Of a DNA stretch of 64,000 nucleotides, positions 27,067 through 36,350 are shown one piece after another. Each line of letters opens with the position of its first letter. The stretch's first letter is position 1. Under the pieces are notes generated by a model that saw nothing but the letters and a program-made list of their open reading frames with translations, did no database searches and had not been told where the DNA came from. Source of the DNA: Gammaproteobacteria bacterium. Lineage in GTDB: Bacteria > Pseudomonadota > Gammaproteobacteria > Steroidobacterales > Foliamicaceae. The stretch lies in NCBI GenBank assembly GCA_028821145.1, contig JAPPHC010000026.1, positions 5,869 through 69,868 of the forward strand. The letters are read 5' to 3'. The translations under genes were made by a program, and so were the position numbers.

Positions 27067-28149
27067 TTAGTTGCAACTTTGTTCGGGTGGAGGATTGGGC
27101 TGGCTGTAGCCGACCGCCAGATCACCTGAGGCAGTAATCACGATATCAATGTGGTCGTCGAAAGGCACATCCGCACACCCTTCGATCCTTCCCTGGGGCC
27201 ATTCTTTCGGGCCTTCATGGTCGCCCCGATCGGTGCGCAGAATCCGCGAAGGGAGTACACCGGCCCTGATGTAGCGTTCCACGGTGGCGGTTCGGGGAAG
27301 CTCGTAGATTGCGGATCCTGACTGGAAAATGACCCATTCCGGAGCGACGCCTGCAACGAACGCAGGCGAACTTGAGCTGATCGAACCGTTGTGGGGCGCA
27401 ACGATGACATCGGACCTGATCTCCACGGAATCCGAGTTTCCCAGCATGTACTTTTCGGTGGCTATCGGCTCATCACAGTCGTCAATCTCGTAGTGCCTGC
27501 AGCCGATGGAATCGCCGGTGAACAGCACCGACCTGCCCGCGAACTCAAGGCGGATCACGATTGTGGGCGCGTTGCGCTGATGAGCCGGCTGGAGTTCGCC
27601 CCATTCCTCGGGCGGCACCGCAAAACCGGACAGCAGCGTCAGCGTCGTTTCACCGAATTGAAACCTTGTGCCGGCCGGAACGTCCTGCTCGCTGAGATCC
27701 AGCACTTTAGCGCTCTCTGCCTTGATCGCCCTGTCGGTCTCCTCCCAAATCGCCACGTCGCTTTGGAATACTGTAGCCTTCTTCCCGGCCCGAATTATCT
27801 TGTCGACCTGGTAGGCGCCGAGAATCGCGGCCGCACCGCCGATATGGTCCATATCCGCGTGACTGAGGACCATGAAGTCGATAACATCTGATCGCGGAAC
27901 GACCTGCTCGATAGCTTCCAGAGTCGCTTGCCGCTCCCAGTCCTCCCACCGCCCCGTGTCATAGACCAGGTAATGGTGATCGCGCTCGCCCGATTCACCC
28001 GTAGCGGGCATTCTCGCGACGGCAGCGTTGCCGTGGCCCACGTCAATGACGCGTATATACAAATCACCGTCGCCGGCAACAGGCCCCTGCGCAAATGCGG
28101 TCAGCGCAAACAACCCCAGTGGGGCAAGCGACCAGGCCCCCTTACTCAT
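27067..28149 (-). CDS. Exported MBL-fold metallo-hydrolase (stand-alone domain resembling the C-terminal domain of ComEC/Rec2)
   Basis: Signal peptide ...LFALTAFAQG. Motifs IRVIDVGHGNA and VLSHADMDHIGG. Confidence 0.72.
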   Translation of the reverse strand: MSKGAWSLAPLGLFALTAFAQGPVAGDGDLYIRVIDVGHGNAAVARMPATGESGERDHHYLVYDTGRWEDWERQATLEAIEQVVPRSDVIDFMVLSHADMDHIGGAAAILGAYQVDKIIRAGKKATVFQSDVAIWEETDRAIKAESAKVLDLSEQDVPAGTRFQFGETTLTLLSGFAVPPEEWGELQPAHQRNAPTIVIRLEFAGRSVLFTGDSIGCRHYEIDDCDEPIATEKYMLGNSDSVEIRSDVIVAPHNGSISSSSPAFVAGVAPEWVIFQSGSAIYELPRTATVERYIRAGVLPSRILRTDRGDHEGPKEWPQGRIEGCADVPFDDHIDIVITASGDLAVGYSQPNPPPEQSCN

Positions 28150-28169
28150 GCAATTTCCGGCCCCGGCGG

Positions 28170-29339
28170 TTATCGGGCGGCGGAAGCGAAGGTCGTGCCC
28201 TTGGCGTAGCGCGGCACTTCCTCGTGGACCCAGCCTTTGGGGTCCTTTTTGCGCACGGGCGATGGGATCGCCCGATAGCGGCCGTCAGCCAGCGCCGCGG
28301 CCCAGGCCTTGCGATCGATTTGCCAGCCTCGTTCACGCATCCGGGCCATTGCATTCCAATAGAGCTCGATCTCGGAGTCCTCGTCGTAGGTGTAATAACC
28401 GTTGGGGTCGGGTCCCACCGGCGCAATGCGGGGTTGCTGCGCTTCGGCGATCGCCTTGTCCTGACGCACCTGCATGAGATTGCGCTTCAGGTGCTCCTTG
28501 TCGAGCTCCGGGTCCAGCATGAAGTTACGGAAAAAAATGTAGTGCATGGCCGTCGTTTGCTCGTCGATCGGCGTCGAAAACTCATAAAACACGTTGTGCA
28601 TGCCACTGCCGAGGCCGCCGATTTCAACCTTGCCGTAAAGGCTGATCCCCGCAACGCGGAATTTCATGCGCGACTCGACTTTCTTTGCTTCGCCGTCTTC
28701 GCGCAGTTTTTCCCACTCCCCGCCCTTGCGAATACGTGACGTCGACGGGTAATACACAAGATCGAAACCGTCGGCGCGTTCCGTCAGTTCAAACGGCGGC
28801 GGAGCATCGGGATTGTCCTGGTTCTGGAACTTGATGCCATGGACTACCGGCAAATGGACGAGATCGAGATTTGAAAATTTCGCCCAGTGATAGTTGGTTT
28901 CCCAAACCTCTGTGTACGTGGTGGTGGAGCGGAAATCGTCGTCGTCATGTTCGGGCATCTCGATAATCGGCGCCGCGCTTTCGGGTTCGTCGCCGAGAAA
29001 AGCCCAGATGAAGCCGTACTTTTCTTCCGTGGGATAAGCGTCGATCTTGACGCCGGGAGCCACATCCTGTGGATCCTCGTCCCGGCGCGAGGCGATCTGC
29101 GTGCACGTGCCCTCGCCGTTGAAGGACCAGGCGTGATAGGGACAGGCGATGGATCCGTCGTCCTTGCATTTGCCGTTCGCCAGGCTCCCGCCCCGATGAG
29201 GGCAGACATTGCTGAGACAGACCGCCTTGCCGCCCGGCTCGCGGTAAAGCACGAAGTCGCAGCCCAGCATGCGCACCTGCAGGGGTTTCTCGTTCAGATC
29301 TTCGCTTCGCGCAGCGACGTACCAGACATTTGTGAACAC
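28170..29339 (-). CDS. Rieske [2Fe-2S] non-heme-iron oxygenase, alpha-subunit type
   Basis: Rieske motif CPHRGGSL...CPYHAWSF. Mononuclear iron motif NLDLVHLPVVH (D-x2-H-x4-H). GTG start with GAGGAGGAAGGG upstream. Confidence 0.85.
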   Translation of the reverse strand: MFTNVWYVAARSEDLNEKPLQVRMLGCDFVLYREPGGKAVCLSNVCPHRGGSLANGKCKDDGSIACPYHAWSFNGEGTCTQIASRRDEDPQDVAPGVKIDAYPTEEKYGFIWAFLGDEPESAAPIIEMPEHDDDDFRSTTTYTEVWETNYHWAKFSNLDLVHLPVVHGIKFQNQDNPDAPPPFELTERADGFDLVYYPSTSRIRKGGEWEKLREDGEAKKVESRMKFRVAGISLYGKVEIGGLGSGMHNVFYEFSTPIDEQTTAMHYIFFRNFMLDPELDKEHLKRNLMQVRQDKAIAEAQQPRIAPVGPDPNGYYTYDEDSEIELYWNAMARMRERGWQIDRKAWAAALADGRYRAIPSPVRKKDPKGWVHEEVPRYAKGTTFASAAR

Positions 29340-29406
29340 CGGCCCTTCCTCCTCTTTCCGAAGTTCGTCCCACCAATGGTATCAATCGCTGATATAAATT
29401 CGCCAC

Positions 29407-30672
29407 ATGCGAATATCCGTGTTCATGACGAGCGGAAAAACAGGCGTTGTTTTGGCTTCCGTCGTATTGATGGGCGCTCAGGCCGCCTTGGTGGGCGGTC
29501 AAACCACGGAAGAGATTCTTGTTCGGCGATTCAATACGCAGGGGCAGACCGGCGGGCCCGGCGGCTACAAGTGGTACGAGCCGACGGAGGCGATTGCCGG
29601 CGCGCACGACGGTTTCTTCGCGGTCGCGCAGCCGGAAGAGCGGACGATCCCGGAAGACGCGCTGGCCGAGGCCCGCGCCTATGCCAGGCGCAACCGATCC
29701 GAGAGCCTGCTGGTCTGGCATCGCGGCGCGCTGCAATCGGCCGATTACTGGATGGGTCTCGGGCCGTCCGACGTGGTCAATTCCCGCAGCATGCACAAGA
29801 TGGCCGGCGGACTGCTCGTCGCCCGCGCCATTGCCGACGGCCACATCGATTCGCTCGATGACTCCGTCGCCCGATACATTCCGCGCTGGCGGGGCACGGA
29901 CAAGGAACCCATGACCATCCGCAATGTGTTGCAGATGTCGAGCGGGCTGCGCTGGTTCGGCATCCGCGACGAGCCCGTTACCGGGCTCAGCTCGCGGCGT
30001 TATCTCAGCCCGTACTGGGACGAGGTCCTGCTCGACGAGGTTCCCATGTCGTTCACGCCGGGATCGGAATACGACTACAGCGACATGACCGCCGACGTCA
30101 TGCCCCACATCATCGAGGGGGCCACCGGCAAGCGCTATGCGGAGTATTTCTCCGAAGCCCTGCTCGAACCCCTGGGCGCGCGCGGCGGATTCATCTGGGT
30201 CAACCGGGAAGGCGGGATGCCCCATGGCGGTTGCTGCCTGATGCTGCCGTCTGAAACCTGGCTGCGTTTCGGCCTGTTGGTCATAAACGGCGGCGCCTGG
30301 AACGGAAGGCAGCTACTGCCCGACTACTGGATGACGGAAATGCTCACGCCGTCGCCGAACAATGAACACTTCGGCCTGATGGTCTGGCTCGGCAGCCCCC
30401 ATGCGGAGCGCCGGCTCTTTCACCGTCCGGACTCGTGGCTCAACGACGTGCCCCAACCGGGAGTCTACCACTCGGAGCCGTATCTCGCCGACGATCTCAT
30501 TCTGTTCGACGGTTCCGAGGGCCGGTCGGTAATGATCGTGCCGTCCGAGCAACTGGTCATTGTCCGCACCGGCTTCCGGCCCCTGCCCGACCAGCCGGAG
30601 TGGGACAATGCCTTTCTGCCCAACACCGTCATCAGCGGTATAAAGCGCGCCATGAGCGACACAACCCCATGA
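29407..30672 (+). CDS. Serine hydrolase (beta-lactamase/esterase family), exported
   Basis: Signal-like N-terminus. S-x-x-K motif SMHK in NSRSMHKMAGGLLV. Confidence 0.8.
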   Translation: MRISVFMTSGKTGVVLASVVLMGAQAALVGGQTTEEILVRRFNTQGQTGGPGGYKWYEPTEAIAGAHDGFFAVAQPEERTIPEDALAEARAYARRNRSESLLVWHRGALQSADYWMGLGPSDVVNSRSMHKMAGGLLVARAIADGHIDSLDDSVARYIPRWRGTDKEPMTIRNVLQMSSGLRWFGIRDEPVTGLSSRRYLSPYWDEVLLDEVPMSFTPGSEYDYSDMTADVMPHIIEGATGKRYAEYFSEALLEPLGARGGFIWVNREGGMPHGGCCLMLPSETWLRFGLLVINGGAWNGRQLLPDYWMTEMLTPSPNNEHFGLMVWLGSPHAERRLFHRPDSWLNDVPQPGVYHSEPYLADDLILFDGSEGRSVMIVPSEQLVIVRTGFRPLPDQPEWDNAFLPNTVISGIKRAMSDTTP

Positions 30673-31856
30673 CCCGGCGGGTCATCGCCGCCCTCGTCGT
30701 CCTGATCGTGGCTGCGATCGCTGCCGACTGGACCTTCTGGTACCGCTTCGCGACCATCCGTGATCAAACGTCCGTCACTATTCCCGGCTGGATCAGCCCT
30801 ACGGCCACGGTCGAGGGCGACTTCCGCAAAGAATTTGCCGTCGTCGCCCCGGCCGATCGGATTCTGTCCCCGGGTGCGATTGCCGAACTGGTGGGCTATG
30901 CGGAACAGGTGGACTCGTTTTCGCTCATCGTCCATCACGGCGGTGCGATTCAGTTCGAAACGTACTGGCGGGAGTTCGGCCCCGATGATGTAACCGAAAC
31001 CCTGTCCATGGCGAAATCGGTGCTGGGCCTGACGTTCGGCTTCGCGGTAGAAGACGGGTCCATCGGGTCCATTGACGATCCCGTGACCGCCTATATTCCC
31101 GAGTGGGAGGGCACGGACAAGGAACGCCTGACCATTCGCCACGTGCTGCAGATGGCCAGCGGACTGGAACATTTCCCGTTCGATTACAGTCTTTTACAAA
31201 ATCCTTTTAACAAAGCACTTCGGCTTTTTGTCGGCCCCAGCATGGAGAACGCCATTCTCCGTTTCGAACTCACGGCGGAGCCGGGAAGCGAATTCAACTA
31301 CAACAGCGCCAACACCCAGTTGCTCCTGCTGATACTCGAGCGCGCGACGGGCCGCGCCTATGCTGATTACGTTTCAGAAAAACTCTGGCGGCCGCTGGGC
31401 GCCAAACCCGCCACGCTGTGGATGGACCGCGAAGGCGGGATGCCCAAGGCCTACGCTTTCTTCCAGGCCCGCCCGCGGGATTGGCTGCGAATCGGTCTGG
31501 CGATCAGGAACGAGGGCGTCGTTGACGGGCGGCAGGTCATTCCCGCCGAGTGGCTCACCGCCATGTTCTCGCCGTCGCCCAACAATCCCAAGTACGGCCT
31601 GCAGGCATGGATCGGCTCGCCGCACATGACCGAACGGTTCTACAACCGGAACACGCCGTTCGGCGTAAAGCAGGCAGAGCCGTTTCTGGCGGATGACGTC
31701 GTGTTCTTCGATGGCGGCGGCGGGCAGCGTGTCTATGTCATTCCGTCCGCCGATCTCGTGATCGTGCGGACCGGCATGACCTCGCCGGACTGGGACGATG
31801 GCGTGATTCCCAATATCATCCTCCGCGATCTCGGCTACGGAAAGGACCCGTCATGA
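30669..31856 (+). CDS. Serine hydrolase (beta-lactamase/esterase family), membrane-anchored paralogue
   Basis: ATGA overlap with the upstream gene. N-terminal TM segment. S-x-x-K motif SMAK in ETLSMAKSVLGL. It shares TIRNVLQMSSGL / TIRHVLQMASGL with its neighbour. Confidence 0.8.
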   Translation: MTRRVIAALVVLIVAAIAADWTFWYRFATIRDQTSVTIPGWISPTATVEGDFRKEFAVVAPADRILSPGAIAELVGYAEQVDSFSLIVHHGGAIQFETYWREFGPDDVTETLSMAKSVLGLTFGFAVEDGSIGSIDDPVTAYIPEWEGTDKERLTIRHVLQMASGLEHFPFDYSLLQNPFNKALRLFVGPSMENAILRFELTAEPGSEFNYNSANTQLLLLILERATGRAYADYVSEKLWRPLGAKPATLWMDREGGMPKAYAFFQARPRDWLRIGLAIRNEGVVDGRQVIPAEWLTAMFSPSPNNPKYGLQAWIGSPHMTERFYNRNTPFGVKQAEPFLADDVVFFDGGGGQRVYVIPSADLVIVRTGMTSPDWDDGVIPNIILRDLGYGKDPS

Positions 31857-33022
31857 AGGGTCCGGACATCGGAATCGTGGGCGCCGGCCTGGGCGGCATG
31901 ACCGCCGCCGTGGCGCTTCAGCAGCGCGGTTTCAAGGTAACCGTCTATGAACAGGCGCCGGAGCTGGGGGAAATCGGCGCCGGCATCACGGTGGCCCCCA
32001 ACATCAGCGTGGTCCTCGCCGGCCTCGGCCTGGAAGACGCAGCGGCATCCTTCGCCGACGGCTCCACGACCTTCGGCGCGCTTCACTACAAGACCGGCGA
32101 GCCGATATGGTTTTCGGAACGAAGTATCGAGGAGGCGATCAAGACCCGCGGCGCACTGACGCGGCACATGCACCGGGCGGACCTGCACAAGGTCCTGGAA
32201 GACGCGTTCAACAAGGAGGGCGACGCCCTTCGCCTCGGACACGCGCTCACGGGCATCGCGCAGGACGACAGCGCCGTGACCCTGCGCTTCGCCAACGGCG
32301 CCACGGACAGGCGCGACATCGTCATCGCCTGCGACGGTCTCAAGTCCGTCGTGCGCGACAGGCTGTTTCCCACCGAACCACCCCGATACACCGGCTACAT
32401 GGCATGGCGCGGCGTGGTCGATGCCTCCGACGTGCCCGGAGTCAGCCACGTACCCCACTTTGCCTCCTATCCGGCCGAAGGCAGCATGTTTTCCCGTTAT
32501 CCCCTGCGCCGGGGCACCCAGATCAACTGGGTGGCCAACGCTTACCGGCCCGACGACATCGGCGAGGAGAACTGGTACGCGCAAACGGACATCGACGAGG
32601 TCCTCGAAGAGTTCGAGGACTGGCATGAAGACGTCGTGCGCATCATCAAGGCGTCGCCCGGCGGGAAGTGCCTGCGCTGGGCGCTCTCAAGCCGCCAGCC
32701 GCTCGACGGCTGGATCGCCGGACGCGTCACGCTGCTGGGCGATGCCGCCCATCCCATGACGCCCTTCTACGGCATGGGCGCGGGCATGGCCTTCGAAGAC
32801 GGCGCGATCCTCGCCCGCTGCTTTGAGGCGGACGACGGGGACTGGCGGGCGGCCTTCGCGCGTTACGAGCGGGCCCGCCTCGCCCGGACCACCAGGTTCC
32901 ACGTGCAATCGCTCAAGCGCGGCAGCATCTACATGAGCGCGGACCCGACCGACCGGGCCAAGCCGCCCACCACCGGCATGGAAGCCGAGTTCGACTACAA
33001 CGCGATGACGGTGGAGATTTAG
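31853..33022 (+). CDS. FAD-dependent aromatic-ring monooxygenase (salicylate / 3-hydroxybenzoate hydroxylase-like)
   Basis: IGIVGAGLGGMTAAVAL...YEQAPELGEIGAGI, and the DG and GD motifs (IACDGLKSVVR, LLGDAAHPMTPFYGMGAGMAFED). ATGA overlap with the upstream gene. Confidence 0.85.
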   Translation: MKGPDIGIVGAGLGGMTAAVALQQRGFKVTVYEQAPELGEIGAGITVAPNISVVLAGLGLEDAAASFADGSTTFGALHYKTGEPIWFSERSIEEAIKTRGALTRHMHRADLHKVLEDAFNKEGDALRLGHALTGIAQDDSAVTLRFANGATDRRDIVIACDGLKSVVRDRLFPTEPPRYTGYMAWRGVVDASDVPGVSHVPHFASYPAEGSMFSRYPLRRGTQINWVANAYRPDDIGEENWYAQTDIDEVLEEFEDWHEDVVRIIKASPGGKCLRWALSSRQPLDGWIAGRVTLLGDAAHPMTPFYGMGAGMAFEDGAILARCFEADDGDWRAAFARYERARLARTTRFHVQSLKRGSIYMSADPTDRAKPPTTGMEAEFDYNAMTVEI

Positions 33023-33032
33023 AATGATTCCC

Positions 33033-33644
33033 TTAACGATCGACGGGAAAAAAGCGCCACTCACGCCAACGTTTTCCGTCTTTATGCTCCGCAACCAGGA
33101 TCGTTGGACGCGTCCACTCCGTGCCGTCATCGCGAACAAAGGTGGCGTAATGGTATGTGACCTTGATGTTCTTGTAGATGCCCCATGTTTCTCCACCGGA
33201 TTTCTCCGGGACCCATCTGCCGGCCGGGGACGACGCTTGTCCTGTAAGAGTTCGACTCAAAGTTGCTCGCATCTGATCTCTGCCGTCGACTCTGATCGCA
33301 ATGCCTTCGTCCGTAATATGGATTAACTGAGCATCGTCTGTCATTGAGTCCAGGGAAGCTTCCACATCCAACCCCGAAAAGTGCTGCCGACCTTCTCTTA
33401 TCGAGTCAACGTAGGCGCTATCGTGCCGCGCAGCCTCATACAGTCTATTGAGCCGCTCTTGATCCGGAACAGGCGCGTAAATCCCGTTTATGTATCGCCG
33501 CTCGGGTGCGTCACTCTCACCGCTGACTGGTTCAATGCCAAATAGGACCACTAGAGTTGCCATTGCTATCGTCAATGCCATCAAAGTGAATGCTCCATTT
33601 GCTGTTGGCGTTCCTTTTGGAGTGTTCATAGCGATTGTCTCCAC
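33033..33644 (-). CDS. Membrane-anchored hypothetical protein, possibly NTF2/SnoaL-like
   Basis: N-terminal TM segment (FTLMALTIAMATLVVLFG). The remainder is about 150 aa of alpha+beta-like sequence. GC is lower than in the neighbours. The function is not supported. Confidence 0.4.
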   Translation of the reverse strand: METIAMNTPKGTPTANGAFTLMALTIAMATLVVLFGIEPVSGESDAPERRYINGIYAPVPDQERLNRLYEAARHDSAYVDSIREGRQHFSGLDVEASLDSMTDDAQLIHITDEGIAIRVDGRDQMRATLSRTLTGQASSPAGRWVPEKSGGETWGIYKNIKVTYHYATFVRDDGTEWTRPTILVAEHKDGKRWREWRFFPVDR

Positions 33645-33734
33645 GCGTTATCGGACGCGGCTTCTCGCTGTTAAGTGTATGCCGCCATCCACGACCAAAG
33701 TTATATGCTTGGCTGAAATAAGAGAGGATTCCCA

Positions 33735-34277
33735 ATGAGCGACCTGCGGCGGGAAATGGAAGCATTCTTTGCGGAATACGAAAAGCGATGGAACGATCAG
33801 GATGACTTTTCGTCGCTCATTGAAATGTGGGATACGGAGCAGCCTCCCTATTACCGGGCAATGGAAAAGCGGGACGTTTTCACGACGTGGGAAGAACTGA
33901 AGCGATACTGGTCGCCCGAGAGGAAGCGGGAATTGATCGTTGCCTTGTGGTACGGCTTCAGGAACATTCGCCCCAAGATGGCCGGGGACAACGTGGCGGT
34001 CGTCTTCTTCGATGCTGAATGGGACATCAAGGCACGTATCGGTCCGGCAGCCAGCGGAACGGATCCGGGAGTCGCGGTTCTCAACCGAACGGCCGAGGGC
34101 TGGAAGATGAACACATACATCGAAGCCTGCACACACCCGGCGACGTACAAGAGCGTCTTCGCCGACCAGCAAGACAAGGCCCGGCCGGCATTTCGACGGC
34201 TGATCGAGAGCATTTGCGAGTCCGATTGCCGCAATTGCCGGATACCGTGCCGCGCCGATGCCGGGAGGCCTGTATGA
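33735..34277 (+). CDS. Hypothetical protein, NTF2-like (SnoaL/DUF4440-type) with a Cys-rich tail
   Basis: MSDLRREMEAFFAEYEKRWNDQD... is the typical opening of NTF2-like proteins. The tail is CESDCRNCRIPC. The Shine-Dalgarno sequence AGAGAGGA lies upstream. Confidence 0.45.
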   Translation: MSDLRREMEAFFAEYEKRWNDQDDFSSLIEMWDTEQPPYYRAMEKRDVFTTWEELKRYWSPERKRELIVALWYGFRNIRPKMAGDNVAVVFFDAEWDIKARIGPAASGTDPGVAVLNRTAEGWKMNTYIEACTHPATYKSVFADQQDKARPAFRRLIESICESDCRNCRIPCRADAGRPV

Positions 34278-35011
34278 GCAGCGCACCCCGCGTGGCGCTC
34301 GTAACCGGCTGCAGCCGTTCCCAGGGGTTGGGCCTGGAAGTCTGCAGGCAACTTGCCGAGCAAGGCATAAGCGTGTTCCTGACGGCGCGAGACCCTGCGA
34401 AGGCCCGGGCATTGGCCGAAGAGCTTCGGGGCCAGGGCCTGGACGTTCACGATCATCAGCTCGACATATCAAGCGATGAAAGTGTCCAGGCAATTGTTGG
34501 CCTTCTAGAAGAGCGCCATGGCCGGCTGGACATTCTTGTCAACAATGCGACCGGCTCCACGCCGGATGCACCTCCCGTTTCGGCCGTCAATCTGGAGTCC
34601 GCGCAGCGCGTCGTTGATGTGACGCTTTTCGGAACCTGGCGACTGATCCAGGCGACCCTTCCTCTTCTTCGCAAGAGTGATGCAGGCCGCATTGTCAACG
34701 TGTCCAGCAGCGCGGGATTGCACGGAGATCCGGTGTGGGGGCTCAACAGCAAGATACCTGTGGATCCTTCGTACGGCATCGGAAAGGCGGCGCTCAACGC
34801 ACTGACGGCAAAACTCGCAACGGAACTGCGAGAGACAAGCATCAAAATCAATGCGGTTTGTCCGGGGTTTACCGCGACTTCTCCGCGCTTGGCGGCCCGC
34901 GGAGGCCGTCCCGTTCCGGAAGGAGCCGAGGGAATCGTCTGGGCCGCGACGCTGGGTGAAGACGGACCGACCGGCGGCTTTTATCGGGATCGCGAGCTTC
35001 AGGCCTGGTGA
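34274..35011 (+). CDS. Short-chain dehydrogenase/reductase (SDR)
   Basis: ALVTGCSRSQGLGLE (TGxxxGxG), NNATG, and YGIGKAAL (YxxxK). ATGA overlap with the upstream gene. Confidence 0.88.
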   Translation: MSSAPRVALVTGCSRSQGLGLEVCRQLAEQGISVFLTARDPAKARALAEELRGQGLDVHDHQLDISSDESVQAIVGLLEERHGRLDILVNNATGSTPDAPPVSAVNLESAQRVVDVTLFGTWRLIQATLPLLRKSDAGRIVNVSSSAGLHGDPVWGLNSKIPVDPSYGIGKAALNALTAKLATELRETSIKINAVCPGFTATSPRLAARGGRPVPEGAEGIVWAATLGEDGPTGGFYRDRELQAW

Positions 35012-35030
35012 AATCAGCGGAGCGGCTTAA

Positions 35031-36329
35031 GTGACGACCGGCGAAGCCAGTTACGCGCGCCTCGGCCCTCTGGTTCTGGAGAGGGACGTCAGCAGGCGGA
35101 ATGCGCTGACCATCCTGTTCGCGGGCTTCTGGACGATCGGTTTCGTGACGTTCCTGAACTTCATGAATCCGTACGTTTTCGCGCTGCTGGGAATTCCCGA
35201 AGAAGAGCAAGGCTCGCTGGCCGGCATTCTCGTGTCGTTGCAGGAAATCACGCAGATCGCGATCTGCGGCTTCATAGGCGCCTGGTCCGACCGAGCCGGC
35301 CGTCGTCCAATCTATGTCGGCGCGATGGTTCTGCTTGCAGTGGGGTTCGCGGCTTACCCGCTGGCTTCAAGCGAAGCGCAATTGATTGGACTTCGCGTCG
35401 TTTATGCGATCGGGGCCACGGCCTGCACCGTGATGATGTCTGCTTGCCAGGGTGAATACATCACCGACAAATGTCGCGGCCGCTGGATAGGAATCGTGGC
35501 GATCATCAACGCTCTGGGCGTAGTCGTGATGATCGCGGTTTTCTCAAAGCTTCCGATGTTCTTCGGGGAGATGGGGCTGAGCGACGCCAATGCGCTGCGC
35601 GCCAGTTTCTGGGTCTGCACGATAGCGGCTCTGCTGCTGGCGATCGTTCTTCATTTCGGGCTGCAGGCCCCCAATCGGGGAGCGACGGGTTCGACGCCGA
35701 ACCTGTTCCGTCAGACGGCGAAGGGCGTGTCGCTGGTGAAACGAGACCCCTTGCTGGGCCTGAGTTATCTGACGGCCTTCGCCTCAAAAGGCGACCTGGT
35801 GATCGTGACAACCTTTTTGTCGCTTTGGGTCACGCAGGCCGGCATAGCCGCAGGCATGTCGCCTGCCGAAGCCGTCGCGCGGGCGGGAATGATTTTCGCT
35901 TTCGTTGCAGGCTGCGGCCTGTTCTGGCCTGTCGTCATCGGCACGATGCTCGACCGGGTCCCGCGCCTGGTCGGGATCGGAATCTCGTTTGCGATCGCAA
36001 GCATCGGTTACGCCAGCGTAGCGCTGATCGACGATCCGCTTGGGCCGATGATGTGGGTCGCGGCTTTCCTGCTCGGCATCGGCCAGGCCAGCGCCATCGT
36101 AAGCGCCGGCGTTCTGATCGGCCAGGTGGCGCCCGAGGGCAACAAGGGCACGGTTTTCGGCACCTATGGCGTGGCCGGTTCGGCCGGCATCGTGACCCTC
36201 ACCTTTGTCGGCGGCCTGTTGTTCGATGCCTATGGGGCCGGCAGCCCCTTTGTCCTGATGGGCGCCGTAAATGCGCTGGTGGTGGTCGCTATCTGGCTTC
36301 TGTTCCGCTGGCAAAGACAAACCGCATAA
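35031..36329 (+). CDS. MFS transporter
   Basis: 12-TM-like hydrophobicity. MFS loop GAWSDRAGRRPIYV. GTG start. Confidence 0.85.
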   Translation: MTTGEASYARLGPLVLERDVSRRNALTILFAGFWTIGFVTFLNFMNPYVFALLGIPEEEQGSLAGILVSLQEITQIAICGFIGAWSDRAGRRPIYVGAMVLLAVGFAAYPLASSEAQLIGLRVVYAIGATACTVMMSACQGEYITDKCRGRWIGIVAIINALGVVVMIAVFSKLPMFFGEMGLSDANALRASFWVCTIAALLLAIVLHFGLQAPNRGATGSTPNLFRQTAKGVSLVKRDPLLGLSYLTAFASKGDLVIVTTFLSLWVTQAGIAAGMSPAEAVARAGMIFAFVAGCGLFWPVVIGTMLDRVPRLVGIGISFAIASIGYASVALIDDPLGPMMWVAAFLLGIGQASAIVSAGVLIGQVAPEGNKGTVFGTYGVAGSAGIVTLTFVGGLLFDAYGAGSPFVLMGAVNALVVVAIWLLFRWQRQTA

Positions 36330-36350
36330 AGCAGATTCCGAGAAGCCCGC

